From Pseudogymnoascus verrucosus (lineage: Eukaryota), in the NCBI GenBank assembly GCA_001662655.1, contig KV460261.1: 64,000 nt of DNA. The stretch is one strand, 5' to 3'. A model generated the notes under the pieces. The model saw nothing but the letters and a program-made list of their open reading frames with translations, was not told the origin of the DNA and did not search any database. The translations under genes and the position numbers were made by a program. Shown here piece by piece: positions 24,988 to 37,569 of this stretch; within the stretch, counting starts at the first letter, position 1, and the number at the start of each line of letters is the position of its first letter.

Positions 24988-27681
24988 ATGACCCCTCCTC
25001 ATCCTCGACGCTCTTTAAAGACCACTTCCTCGTCACCAATGACTCCTCGGTCTGCCGCTACCGCTTCCACTTCGATGCTCGATACAATCTCAATGACCCC
25101 TCCTCATAAGCTTCGCAAAGGTGCCACATTTCACAACCCACCCTCTCCAGTATCCGATCACTTTATCGTACCATGTCTTCCACGCCGTTCGCAAACCTCG
25201 CTTGAGGATGTTGTCGAGGCTCATAAGCGTCGTGTTGCCCTGACACTCGGAGATATTGACCGCGGTTTGTCTGCTGTCGACCTTGGTGCACCCACCCCGA
25301 CCACTCAGAATTTCCGTGACGATAGCCTTCCCGTTCCTCAGGGTTTCCTCAACCACACCGTTGATACAAACCGCCGCGAGACCCGAAGCACCATGTCGCC
25401 CATTGCCTCGCAATCCGACTTCAGCATCGGCAGAGGCTCGCTGCGACCTCGTCGACACAACCGTCGCCAGTCCACCCACCACGCATCTGACAGCGGTCTA
25501 GGATCCTCCATCATGTCTGCCTCCTCTGAGAAGAGAGGCGTCGCCGCCGCCGGCGGCCTCACCTGTCCCACCGACGAGCAGGGCGCCAAATCGACCGTTT
25601 CAGCATCTGCAATCACGCGCTCCGCCGCACCGCATCGCTCATCGCAAGACACCACGCCGCGCCTTAGCGAGCGCGCGACGAACAAGATCCACGAGTTCAT
25701 CCTGAAACCGCTGCTCGCCACGCCGTCTTTGAAGGACTTCCACCCCATCGTCGCGGACTGCCCGCGCAGAATCAACGAGAAGGAGATCGTGTGTCTGCGA
25801 GACCTCGAGAAGACACTGATGTTCATGGCACCTGTAAGTGATATCCATAACGATGATGACGCCGTGAGAGCCTTCACTCACTGGTTTTCTTCGCACCTAA
25901 AGGAACACGCACGCACTGCAAAACTATACTTGGAGTTCTGCGTCACCTCTATCCGCTGCATTCAGGCCACCGTCGAATTCCTGAATGAGAGAGAACAGAC
26001 CAGACCCAACGACCGCCCATATACGCAAGGGTATTTTATTGACCTGGTCGACCAGATTAGGAACTACGCCCAGTCTGTCCAGGCTAGCCGCGAGAAGGAG
26101 GAGGGAGAGACTGACGACATGGATGTCCAACCGTATGTTTCACTGCCCCAGATTGAAGCCACAGCCTTGTCCGTCAGCACTATGACTCTGCGCATAGAGT
26201 CTAGTGGTGCAAGGGCTCCTTCACGGAGGTATAAGAAGACCACTGCTAACCACCTGCGCTCCAGATCTGAGCAGATCAAACTCTACGGCGGTGTTGCCAA
26301 GAATGGCCGCCCAGCAGAGCTCGTCCGCGTGAAGAACGACGGCACAGCCGTTTCGCTCGCGACCGGAAAGCAGATCAAGATGGAGAGCATCGAGGACGAC
26401 GAGAAGAACAGCGTCATGATGAAGCGCTCGCTGAGCCAGGAGCTCGACGACGAGGAGTCCATCATGCGCTCGATGGCGCGCCGCAAGCGCTCTGCCACCG
26501 CCGAGATCCAGGCGAAGAAGTGCAGCGAGCCTGGCTGCACCAAAGAGTTCAAGCGATCGTGCGACCTCACCAAGCACGAGAAGACTCACAGCCGGCCCTG
26601 GAAGTGCCAGGAGCCGCTGTGCAAGTACCATGAGTACGGATGGCCGACGGAGAAGGAGTTGGACCGCCACGTCAACGACAAGCACTCAGCGTCGCCGCGC
26701 CTCTTCAAGTGCCAGTTCCCACCGTGCCCGTACCAGTCAAAGCGCGAGTCGAACTGCAAGCAGCACATGGAGAAGAGCCACAACTGGGTGTACGTGCGCT
26801 CCAAGAACAACGGGAAGAACCGTGACCAGGCGACGCCGGCCCAGCAGCAGAATGCGCTGCCCACGCCGCAGACGACCACCATCCGCACTCCAGACTCGGA
26901 GGCTCAGCTCTCGTCTCCGGATGAGATGAACTGGGAGATGGACGCTGGAGTTGACGCCAACGGCTTTAACAACGACTTCAACCGCTCTCCACTTGACTTC
27001 CCCACCTACCCCTCCGACTTCGCCTACAACAACGCTGAGCAAACCCTACACAACAACAACTACACACTCTCCCCCGTTGACTCGCACCTCAATTCGCTCC
27101 CCTCTTCCAACACATCACCCTACGTCGACACCTCAGACCTCTTCCTCGACGACGTTGCCGCAAATTTCGGCTCCGCCTTCGCTCCGTCCGGGAATGACTT
27201 CACACTTTACGAGGATCTCTACTCCGCCCGTGTCGACGTCCCGCACCAGCTCCCCACACCCGACCCAGCCATCTTCCAACGTGCATACGATCCGTCGTAC
27301 GGCTGCGTTGAGACCGTCACCCCCGCCCGCGCGCAGGGAGTGCAGCATCTCAGCCCAGTAGGACAGGGGAACACAATGCTCTACACCCCGGACTCGTCGT
27401 GCGAGACCTTCGAGGCGCTGATGCCCGGTCGTCAGCACGCCGATACCCACAACAACAACAACATGGGCGCGCAGTTCTCGGACTTCCAGCTCTTTGGATC
27501 CGGTGCGCCGCAGGGACAGGGTGCGCTTTTCGGCGAGGTCGCGCCGCTGGGGGGACACCAGCATGAGGGGGGGAATACTGCGTCGCAGGAGATCTTTATG
27601 GCCTTCTATGGAGCGGGGGGTGCTGGGGCGGCGGAGTGGGGTGGGGATGAGGGGTTTGATGGAAAATGGGGTGGCTTGTGA
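24988..27681 (+). CDS. ace1: ACE1/SltA-family C2H2 zinc-finger transcription factor
   Basis: N-terminal LRKGATFH and LPRRSQTSLEDVVEAHKRRVAL, central EIVCLRDLEKTL and PYTQGYFIDL, three fingers (FKRSCDLTKHEKTHSRPWKC; GWPTEKELDRHVNDKH; SKRESNCKQHMEKSH). Introns 25834-25902 and 26133-26264. Confidence 0.88.
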   Translation: MTPPHPRRSLKTTSSSPMTPRSAATASTSMLDTISMTPPHKLRKGATFHNPPSPVSDHFIVPCLPRRSQTSLEDVVEAHKRRVALTLGDIDRGLSAVDLGAPTPTTQNFRDDSLPVPQGFLNHTVDTNRRETRSTMSPIASQSDFSIGRGSLRPRRHNRRQSTHHASDSGLGSSIMSASSEKRGVAAAGGLTCPTDEQGAKSTVSASAITRSAAPHRSSQDTTPRLSERATNKIHEFILKPLLATPSLKDFHPIVADCPRRINEKEIVCLRDLEKTLMFMAPVSDIHNDDDAVRAFTHWFSSHLKEHARTAKLYLEFCVTSIRCIQATVEFLNEREQTRPNDRPYTQGYFIDLVDQIRNYAQSVQASREKEEGETDDMDVQPYVSLPQIEATALSVSTMTLRIESSGARAPSRRYKKTTANHLRSRSEQIKLYGGVAKNGRPAELVRVKNDGTAVSLATGKQIKMESIEDDEKNSVMMKRSLSQELDDEESIMRSMARRKRSATAEIQAKKCSEPGCTKEFKRSCDLTKHEKTHSRPWKCQEPLCKYHEYGWPTEKELDRHVNDKHSASPRLFKCQFPPCPYQSKRESNCKQHMEKSHNWVYVRSKNNGKNRDQATPAQQQNALPTPQTTTIRTPDSEAQLSSPDEMNWEMDAGVDANGFNNDFNRSPLDFPTYPSDFAYNNAEQTLHNNNYTLSPVDSHLNSLPSSNTSPYVDTSDLFLDDVAANFGSAFAPSGNDFTLYEDLYSARVDVPHQLPTPDPAIFQRAYDPSYGCVETVTPARAQGVQHLSPVGQGNTMLYTPDSSCETFEALMPGRQHADTHNNNNMGAQFSDFQLFGSGAPQGQGALFGEVAPLGGHQHEGGNTASQEIFMAFYGAGGAGAAEWGGDEGFDGKWGGL

Positions 27682-28966
27682 GAGAGCCTGTTTGCCTTTT
27701 CTCCTCGAGGAGGAAAGGTGAAGTGGAGAGTGAGAAGGAAGGAAGGAGGGGGGTGATTAGATCTCTGTGCTATTACGACGTCGCATCTCCTCTTTTTTCT
27801 CTCTCGTTATCTCATCTTGTTTGGGATGTTATACGTTTGTTGTTACTTGTTTACGATGGATGCTGAGGGAGCGCATTTTTTTTATGATGTTATGATATGA
27901 ATTGGAGGGAAGGGTTTACCCAATATTCCGAGGGAAGTTGGGTGGAGGAAGTGGGAAATGGGACGAAAAAGACACCGCTGGCTAGAGAGCGGCGGTGCGT
28001 GTAATGGACGCTGCTGATGACGAACCGAACCGAACTGAGGGAAAGAGGCGTGTGCGCGGGGGATGCATTAGATAGAACTATCCGTTGTTGTTTGTTCTTT
28101 CTTTCTTTCCTTGCCGCTTTAGGATAGCTAGCATTTTGTTTGTTTTCCTTTGATCAATCATCTCGACGGTGGCTCCGGGGATGTGGGATGTGGACTCTTT
28201 CGGGTGGGATTCATACAGCAGATTTGGATGGGGGAATGTAAGACATACACACACACACACACATGCTTGCTTGTCTGCTTTGATATATTGTCTGTGACTA
28301 TGAATGTGAATGTGAGATGTTTGATAGTGATGTGAAAGGGTGGTCGACTAATTGGCTAATTGACAGATAGAGGGGTACTTGGAGATGAGTAAATGGAAGA
28401 GAGGTCTTATCGCCTAAGATATATCCACTTGGGAAAATCTTGGACTGTACTGCCGCTAGCTATTCGACAACCCGGTATAATCAAAGGGTATTAATCTAGA
28501 AGTTGCTACAACTCATATCGACTTAAACGACCTCACCTCGTCCGGACGTTTCAAGAAGTTACTGGGAAGTCCATAACAGCCGCGTTTCTTGACTCCCGAA
28601 GAATACTTCACAGGTGGTTGGTTACGAGCCTCTCGATATAGATAAAAAGCTTGGCTATAGTACAGATGGGTTAGGCAAGATTCTACGGACAGCGGGTCGG
28701 AATTTTATTATATTTTTTTAACGTGTGGTGTGATAATCTTGCTAAAAGGGAGTAACTACCATCTGCTGAACAGGATCTTAGCAACTTCTATGAAAGGGGT
28801 ACAAAGAAAGCTACTGTAATGAAGTTCGAGCTAGGGAGCTATAGTTTATTCGAGCCAGCAGGTGCAAGCCGGTTTGTTGCAACTACTGACACTAAATGCG
28901 ATCACGTAGCGAGGATTCAGGGCACGACTATACGGTACTAAAGTCTTCTATTAATCATTATATGTC

Positions 28967-30209
28967 TTAGTACAGACCCTCAATGTTGGCTAAAATCGAC
29001 TCTTCCAAGCTAGTCCATCCCGGACGTCCCAGATCACGAAGCAGCTGCTCAGCCCTGCCTCGTGGGATGATTTCACTGCCGTCTTCACCGCTGCTGAAGT
29101 TGTCAGGGAACGTTCGCCCCGGAAAATGCTTGCGGAAAATGTCTAGAACAGCATCCCAGTTGAATCTTCCTGCAAATCCGAAGATGCGCTGGTCTTCCAG
29201 TCCAGGCAGGATAGCTGCCGCGACGTGAAGCCGGCCGGCGTCATCGACGTCGATGAAATATTCTATTCATGTGGTCAGACAACCATGGCACACCGTCACT
29301 AAAGGAAAACGATGTTGACCTACGAGGTGTAATGCCTTTGTGGAAATCAGTAACTTCCCCCCTGAATAGGCTAGGGGCCAGGCCAGAGCTGCTCGGATAT
29401 CCCTGTTTCTCGCGGTCAAGCGATCTGCCGAAATTGAAGTTGGGGAGGACTGATCCCTTAATCAGCTAATGCACACCACGATAGCGCTTTCACAAGCAAG
29501 CAAACGGAAATATATTACCAGTGTTCACGGTCAGATCGGGACGCTCCTGGCGGTTCTCCTGGTGGTACTCCCAGACTGCCTTCTCGGCTCGGTTCTTGCT
29601 CGCGGCATATGTCGCCATCGCGCGCTCTCGGGTGTAGGGAGGGTCGGCCCAGGCCGCGGCGACGATGAAGTCCGTCCAGGACTCTTCGGTGATGTTGGCG
29701 GGGGGCGAATCCGGCGAGGGAACAACAGCAGCGGTTGATGAGGATGTGAAGATGAACCGCTTCACGCTCGGCTCCTTGTATGCAGCCCGCAGAGCGTTGA
29801 CGGCAAAATCTACGGCGAAGGGAATCACTTTGCTAGGGTCCGGATTAAACGTCATAATTGACGCGGTGTGGATTACTGCTGCGGCACCTTTTCAATGCTA
29901 GAGTCAGCTCAGCTCTGTGATTAATTTTTATCGTAGTAATAAAAGCTAAAACTTGCCTTTGACTGCTTCGTCAAATGCGCCCTTGGCGGTTAGATCGTCA
30001 ACCTGGATAAGCTCGAAACTGTCCTTGCCGTAGTCCTTCTGGAACAGCTCGAGCATCCAGCTGGATTTAGTGGTGTCTCGGACGGCGCCGCGAACTTTGT
30101 AGCCGTATTCGAGGAACTGCTTTGCGACGTGCGAACCTAGAAGGCCGTTGGCTCCGGTGACTAGAACCAGGGATCCTTTGGGGATCACTGCGTTATCTAA
30201 TGGAGCCAT
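28967..30209 (-). CDS. NAD(P)-dependent aldehyde/carbonyl reductase (extended SDR, aldehyde reductase II-like)
   Basis: VLVTGANGLLG, VIHTAS, FTSSS, YAASK, FIDVDD; C-terminus LLRDLGRPGWTSLEESILANIEGLY*; 4 exons. Confidence 0.9.
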
Positions 30210-31506
30210 TGGAAATAGAGTATGAGGGTTGATTGATGACTGGTATTGTGTGTAGCTTTTGTTATTCAAGGAAGATGGTAGCGGAAAGGGGAGCAGCTTT
30301 CGCAATATATTCTCTTATTTAAATAAGGATTCTACATTCTTCTTTGTAGTTCTGTAATAATAAACATTATTCAGCCTTAGCTTGATCTCCGTAATTGTAA
30401 TCGCGGACTTAATGAGCTTTGAGCAGCGGACATCTGCCCTTTTCGAAGTAAGTCCGAGTAGTACATCATAGAATTACGAAGCGCCGGTTTTGCCACGTCT
30501 ATCACTAGCGAATACCATTACAGTACCTAGCAAGCTTAGGTGGACATAAGAATGTCTGTCCTTTAGCGCGCACGCGACTAGTTTTTGACGAGAAATGCTG
30601 AGATTCTTGCGTCATTCGTTAAGGGGTTAGCAGTGGGAAAAGCCCATCGTATATCCCATCCAAGCTAACTAAGTACTATGATTAAAATCTCCGGAGCTCG
30701 TCATTAACTGTAGTTACTCCTAAGAAGTATTGCTGTGTTCTGTTTTAACGTGCAGACTACGATACGAGCATCAGAAGTACGACCATCGGCCTGCCACGTT
30801 TGCTCTGCCGAGGTCTCTTCGAACGAGGTTTGCTTACGAAGTAGCTAACAACAAGAGTCTAGTATTAAATTTAATGATTAGAACTTTTTGGTGGTGAGTA
30901 ATTTTTTGGTGGATCAGTAATCCGAGTTAAATCCGTCTCTACCACTCTTTCGCACGATAGTACCGAGGCTAACGACGAGATTCTCTTAAGTTACTAATTT
31001 TTTTGAGATCAGTAATCTACATTTAGATTCTCTTAAACCGGTCCCTAAGTAATCTTAATATCATTATCAAACTTATGTTAAGTTACATTAATTATAAATC
31101 AGAAAGAGAATCTCATATAAAGAGTTATAATACTCTCTCGCATCATTGATCGGCATTTCATTTGCATATGTCGTTGAAAGGTTTCAATGTGGAACTAGGG
31201 CCACAAGCCTAGAATAATCATTAGGTATATGAGGACCGCTCGAAATCCCGGAATTTCTAGCATGATGTTGAGATACTCCTTCTTGTGTGATAATACGTAG
31301 CACAAACAGACTTAGGTATAAGAGCTAGATGAGTTTAATCTGTGGAATTGTCTTATAACAGCTTATTAAGGCCACTCAAACTCTCAATATGTTCATAGTT
31401 TGAGAGAAATGTAGCACCACCAAAAATGACAAGAGACTATTGAATTAGCCACCTTCGTCTGTGCCTGTTTGCGTATACAGGAGTCCTACGAGACGCGGTC
31501 GTTGCA

Positions 31507-34003
31507 TTAAACAGTTGCTCCATCAACTGTGTAATTTGAAGAAACCTCTGTATTCAAGATCGAGCTCCCGAGAACACTAACCAGCGCATCCTGCAGCGCC
31601 TGAACACCACTCGAGTCCGCTATTGACGACAGGACCGGAATGGCCTGGGATCCGTCACATTCTCCTGCTGTCACAACACCGCTAGTGGTATCACGCTTGA
31701 AGTTGATCCCGGGCTTGACAGTCGCGCTGCATCTCATGTTTTAGCAAAGTCCCCGCCCTAGTTTCTGTCAAGGGGGGAGGGGAAAGGAGGAGCTGACCAG
31801 TTATACTGCGACTGCGCCGCGCGAAGTTGGCAGATCTCCCCCGTCTTGCAGGTCCCAGTGCATGTCGAGGTGGCGTAGTCGCGGGTCTTGCGGCCGATGT
31901 ACGCCTGGAACACGGCATCGTCTGTCTCGAAAAGCGCGGTGAGGTTGTGCCAGAATGCGGGGGTGAGCTCGGCTGCGGTGTCGGTGATGCCGAGGAGACG
32001 GCCGTAGGTGTCCTTGACGGAGTAGAGAACCTCCCAGGTTGGGGCGATTTGGAAGGTGGAGGAGGTGAGGTCGGTGTAGTAGACTGTCATGTCTAGGATG
32101 CCGAATGTCACTGGATCGACGTCGTATACGCTTGGGGAAAGATTAGCTATTTGTCTTGGAGCGGCAGGGTGCAATAGGCGTGGGCATTTTACCGGAATGT
32201 TGGGTTACCAGAGGTCGGCGTGAGAGCAGGGGCGATGTAGGACATCATAGTAGCAGTGGAGAAGCCCTGGTTTGTGTAGTCGCTGTACGCAATCTCGAAT
32301 TGGTCCTTGTGCGTGTGACTGCATGTCCTCGTTAGCTTTGGGCTGTTCCCGAAGGTCTAATTATTAACGGAAGACGAACCCATAGAAGACGGCAGCGATG
32401 GTGGCATCGAATCTCTGGATGATCAAATCTGATAACCGTCAGCGTGTGCACCTGCACCACCTTGTGAATGAGGCTTGGGGGAACTGGATTTTACCAAAGT
32501 AGTAGGAGGCGTCATGGAAAGCATCTGATGCACCCATCGGCATATGACCTGCGGACATCAGTCAGTTTGTCATTATGCCCCTCGGGCGAATCCCGAATCA
32601 ATACTCGCTGAACCTACCAATAATCCAAACCCTCTCCCCCGCCGTCTCAGCCGTCTGCAGCTGCTTCACCAGCCACGCAAACATGCCCGACGGGTCTCTC
32701 TCCCAGTTCTTCTTATCGTACATCCAGAAGTTCTGCTTATACCAGAAATTAGTATTAATACTGACGATGCGCAGCCCGGAGCCGTCGACAACAGAGTAGC
32801 TGCCAAAGTTAGACGACACCTCAGATGCAGCCGCGCTACCGATCCATGTCTCCCACCCAGCAGACATGGCGTCATACGCCCACTGCGTGCTGATAGTCGT
32901 GCTGACGTCCGCCGGCGGGAATGAGTTAACGGGGCACGCATCATGGTTCCCCGTCACAGCGTACGTCTTACCCATAGCTCGCATGCGCGCGTACGCGCTG
33001 TTAAGGTCCTCGGTCACCTCGGCGTTAGTAACAGACCACACAGCGCCCTCGACCACATCGCCCGTGAAGATTGCGAACTCTCGCTCCGGCACGAGCGTCT
33101 CGATGGCGGCGTACATGCTCTCCTCGAGCGATAGCGGGGTGTCGCAGCGGACATTACCGTACTCCCCGGCGGGGGTGTCGTTGTTCCCCGGCTCGTCGGC
33201 GGGGGTGTACCCGCGGCAGCAGATGTTCTTCGTGCAGTTCCAGCTCGCGCCGACGGTGTAGTCGAGGTCGACGTGGATGTCACTTATGTGCACTACCTTG
33301 ATCGGCGTCTTGCCGCTGGATGCGGGGCGCGAGGTCGCCGGCTTGGGGGTCATGGAGGGAGAGTACGAGGTGTCGACGGCGGGCCATTGGCACAGCCCGA
33401 AAACAGTCAGGCAGAACAGGGTTGACGTTTTGGTCCCAATGGTCATCTGGCGAAGGTCGTGTGCTAAAATAGGGCCCTCAAGACTGATGGCTCCGGAGCT
33501 GGCAATCGATAGAGTGAGCATATGCTCAGGCAGAAAGTGAAGCGAACTTCCGCAGGCAATAGGGGTCAACATACCAGACGTCGTCGTCTTCAACATTCTG
33601 TAAGATATCGAATAAGCATATGTAGTCGTTCATGTACAGTTACAGTGTTAACATACCAGCGTCTGGCAAACTGTCACAATGACTTTCACGAAATCATCGT
33701 TGCCAAAGTGAGCCAACACCTTGAGAACACCAAGCAAAGCCTATAAAATCCAGTAGCAGATAAGTAGGGGTAGTTGTATCAACAGAGCAAATTGCTGGAA
33801 ACGAAACCCCCACTCACCTCGCAAGCACTGCATTCGGCGAGATTTTCAATGTCGGTTAGAATATCCGAGAGCAGGCTCCTCTCCTTAATCTCCTGTCTCG
33901 CAAAAGCCGTGATGGAATTGCGCGTAACATCTCCAATCGTAAGGGCGGTCGATAGTCCCAGCAGCGACAACAGCACGCTTAGTAGGACTGTGGCGAATCG
34001 CAT
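31507..34003 (-). CDS. Acid sphingomyelinase-like metallophosphoesterase, secreted, multi-exon
   Basis: Signal peptide MRFATVLLSVLL, saposin-like CSACE region, HISDIHVD, FTGDVV, GNHD, HTH and LTPAFWHNLT motifs. Confidence 0.9.
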
Positions 34004-36130
34004 ACCTCCTTGTAGATGGGTGCTTAGCTAGCACCCAAAGAGTAGAAGCACTAGAAAGAAAGGCGCTGGAGGCAGGAATGCTAGAAAATGGTGGCGGTGA
34101 TAGATATCCTCGTAAATGACGTTAACTTATATAACCTCGTGTTGCGACCCTATATCACCACCTATCCACGTATTGCAAGGGAACGGCAATCAGTCTGCAT
34201 GGAACCAAATCTGCTCTCGCGTTGCTAGACTGACAGAGGCATGCTTGCCACTACCCCCAACCCCCTCTCGCTCGGGCACGTGTAACGGATGCTAGAACAT
34301 GTATATGTAGTATTCGGTGCATATTCCAATATAGGAATTACCCTGCCAATCGTTTTTATAGGGATGGAATCGCGGCCTGGATGGATACGTTTTGTGTGGT
34401 GATGTAGGCCTGTGCAGACAAGCACCAGACCCCTGTTCGTGGCATGTGATTTATACCCCAGGATCTAGACGACCCTGCCAAACGAGTGCGTCGCTCGCCG
34501 CCAAACCCGGCAAATGACACCAGTGACCCCAATCACACCTACCAGAGTGCTATATAATATCTGCCGGCGAAGTCGACGAAGCTTGACCGCGTTTATGCGC
34601 CGGACGCTATTGATTCTCGATTACACCGATAGCACTATAGTGCTTGATATTGACTCTAGCCTGTCGGTTTGGCCATGTCCGTGTAGTGATATTAAGGTGT
34701 TCGCCTTTCCAGTAGTCAGTACCAACGATAACTACCACGTGCAGGGGATATTTAGTGTCAAATCCCTGGCTGTAATCGCGTTGTAATTTGGTGTTATCGA
34801 AGCCCCTTCCTCTTCCCGTCCTCCGTCCCCCCCGCTCCTGTGCGGGGGGCATGCAGGGTCTCCTTAATGAAGAGGAGGAGCTTGCTCTCATCAACCCGAC
34901 CCCCGGTGGGGTATTTCCCACTAGAAGGAAACCCGTTGGCCTTACACCATGGCTAGGAGGGGAATAGTTAGCCTCGTGCCCGGATTCAGGGGCCTCAATG
35001 GTCTCGAGGACTTGGCAGGCACATGATTGGAGGTACTGGCTCTCTTAAACTTTTTTTGGAGATTCTTCTCTATAGTCGAAACCTTATTGAGGAATGGGGC
35101 ATCTCGATTCCGGGAGAATTTCCACAATCCCACGTGTTCCCACCCTGGTCGATCCATTGGGAATAGGAGCACCAAGGTGCAACTTGATCGTAGTCTTCGA
35201 TAATGCATAGATAGATGCAACCTAGCCAATTCCACTTTCAACGAAAAAAGAAAAACAGGAGGGATGGTTTGACGGTGATTTACTTTAAATGTGCCATTTC
35301 TGCCCCTAGGAACAACTTGGGCTGTGGAAATATCTCTCCACCTCCTCGGGATATTTACTAACCTCAGCCATGGTTACTAGAACCATGAGCTACTTATTCA
35401 GTTAGTGAAATGGGTAAATGATATATATACTAGAGGATTTATAGAAGCAGATTTGTTTCTATGTCTATCGTGGGGACAAATGTTTTTATTGACATTATAT
35501 TGGAGGGCATAATTCTCACTGTAAGAGCCGTTCAAACGAAGGATAGGAGATGACAACTTCAGTAGAAGGTATTTTCGCTAGCTTCAAATATTATATGTCT
35601 ACGCTTGCCAGCGAGATATGTTTTACTCTTGAAGAAATACCGGCAATCGTTGACGTTGAGATGGCAGTTACAAAGCTTGTCTAGGTTCTAATAATAGACA
35701 AGTGCAGAAAGTCACACCTGACGAATGATGTGATATTACACCCAGATTTAACAATGCCCCTCCAACATCCAGCAGATCCAATCACCCTGCGTCATTAAAA
35801 CCTCGAATTATTACACAGCGTATTTGCACCATAGCGATGATACCCCTCACTTTGATTTCAAAGCATGTTTATCATGTATATCCGTCTTATTGGGTGAGCG
35901 ATGGTGTCGAGTGCACAAGTTGGGGGGATCGCATGCGTTTTTGGGGTTATCGCGTGCTGAGATAGTAATCGGATATTACATATCAACCTCGCGTGGTTTC
36001 CGGAAGGCATGTGTAGCACTGGGAATGGTATTTAAAAGCTCTAGAAACGTTCGCTTTTAAAAGTTAGTATTGAAAGTTATAAAACACTCGATTTGAAAAA
36101 TAAGAAATATCCACGTAAACACATCCAACC

Positions 36131-37298
36131 ATGGCCAGCGCTGCAGTCCAACAACCCCTCGCCCCCACCCTCGACCAAGTCATCGAACCTCTCGCCCAGA
36201 AAACGAAGGTTCCTAAACATGACGTCGCCACAGAGTTAAACTACTACCAAGACCCCGGTGATGGATCTCCACCAGTCCCCTACTACGTCGGGTGAGTCTC
36301 TCTTTCCTCTCTCTTTCCCATATGAAGATAACTTCCAATTCTAAGACCAGACCAACAGACAACCAAACACCTATGAGCGCCCCACAGTAGCTCAAAAGGT
36401 GGTTATCCACGATATCACGGGGGATGAGGGGGAATACACACTTGATAGCCATGGGTTCCAGTATACCAAGCATGAGAGTAGGGAGAAGGAATTTTTGGAT
36501 GAGGAGAAGATTAAAGCGGAGTATTATCCTGAGGTGGAACAGCTTTTGAAAGATGTGTGAGTATCCATCCCGCCCAGGCAGCAAATACCCCCCTTATCCT
36601 TTATAATACTAATCCCCCGCCATCCAGCACGGGCGCAACACGCATCTTCATATTCGACCACACCATCCGCCGCTCCCCTGCCGATTCCCGCGATGGGACG
36701 ACACAGCTCCGTGGCCCAGGGAAGAGGGTTCACATTGATCAGACTTACCAAGCGTCTGAGAATCGCGTAAAGTATCATCTCCCCGAGGAGGCGGATGAGC
36801 TGCTCAAGAAGAGGTTTCAGATTATTAATGTAAGTTCGCTGCATCGCTTTCTCTCTTTTGTTCTTTTTCTCTTGCGATCTCCCTTTTTCTCTCTCTTCGT
36901 CACTCATTCTCACACACACACTCTCTCCCTCTCAAACAAAAAACGACACAATTACTCACAACCACCCCCAGGTTTGGCGCCCAATAAAACCCATCCTCCG
37001 CGACCCCCTCGCGCTGGCTTCCGCCCCTACTGTCCCAGAAAGCGACCTCATACCCGTGTCCCTCATCTACCCCGACCGCACCGGGGAAACCTACACGGTC
37101 CGCCCCAACCCGGATCATAAGTGGTACTTCAAGTACGCGCAGCGCCCGGATGAGCCGCTGTTTATCAAGTGTTTTGATTCGCTGGTGGATGGGAGGGCGA
37201 GGAGGGTGCCGCATTCGGCGTTTGAGGATGCGGAGTATGCGGAGGGGGAGACGAGGGAGAGTATTGAGGTGCGGACGTTGGTGTTTTATGATTATTAG
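36131..37298 (+). CDS. AsaB/CmcJ-like hydroxylase/oxidoreductase
   Basis: TELNYY, YTLDSHGFQ, FIFDHTIR, VHIDQT, IIN/VWRP, PHSAF, RESIEVR across four to five exons. Confidence 0.85.
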
Positions 37299-37569
37299 GA
37301 GCGTGAGGGGGTGGGGGTATGATAGGGATGTGTGATTTGGGGGTTTCGGGTTTAATATGCTTGAATAATTAATGTTATCAACTGTTTAATTTCATGTCTT
37401 GATGCACAATCGAGGCTTTGAGAACACATAAAATTGGCAACGACATATATCAATCGACAATTTCTAGCCTAACAATTTTTAAAGGTTAAGAAAGGCAACT
37501 CCTCCCTAGATTCTCCATTAGCTATTGCTACTTGGGCCCGATATCAAGTAGAGGCCGAGAGCAATGGTG

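Noticed and set aside
30800..31150. AT-rich stretch with an imperfect GATCAGTAATC direct repeat
   Set aside because: Possibly a mutated repeat relic, but no termini or coding remnant could be identified.
34800..35250. Protein-like fragment (GLWKFSRNRDAPFLNKV) on the - strand
   Set aside because: Could be a gene or transposon relic, but I recognise no family and cannot build a gene model.
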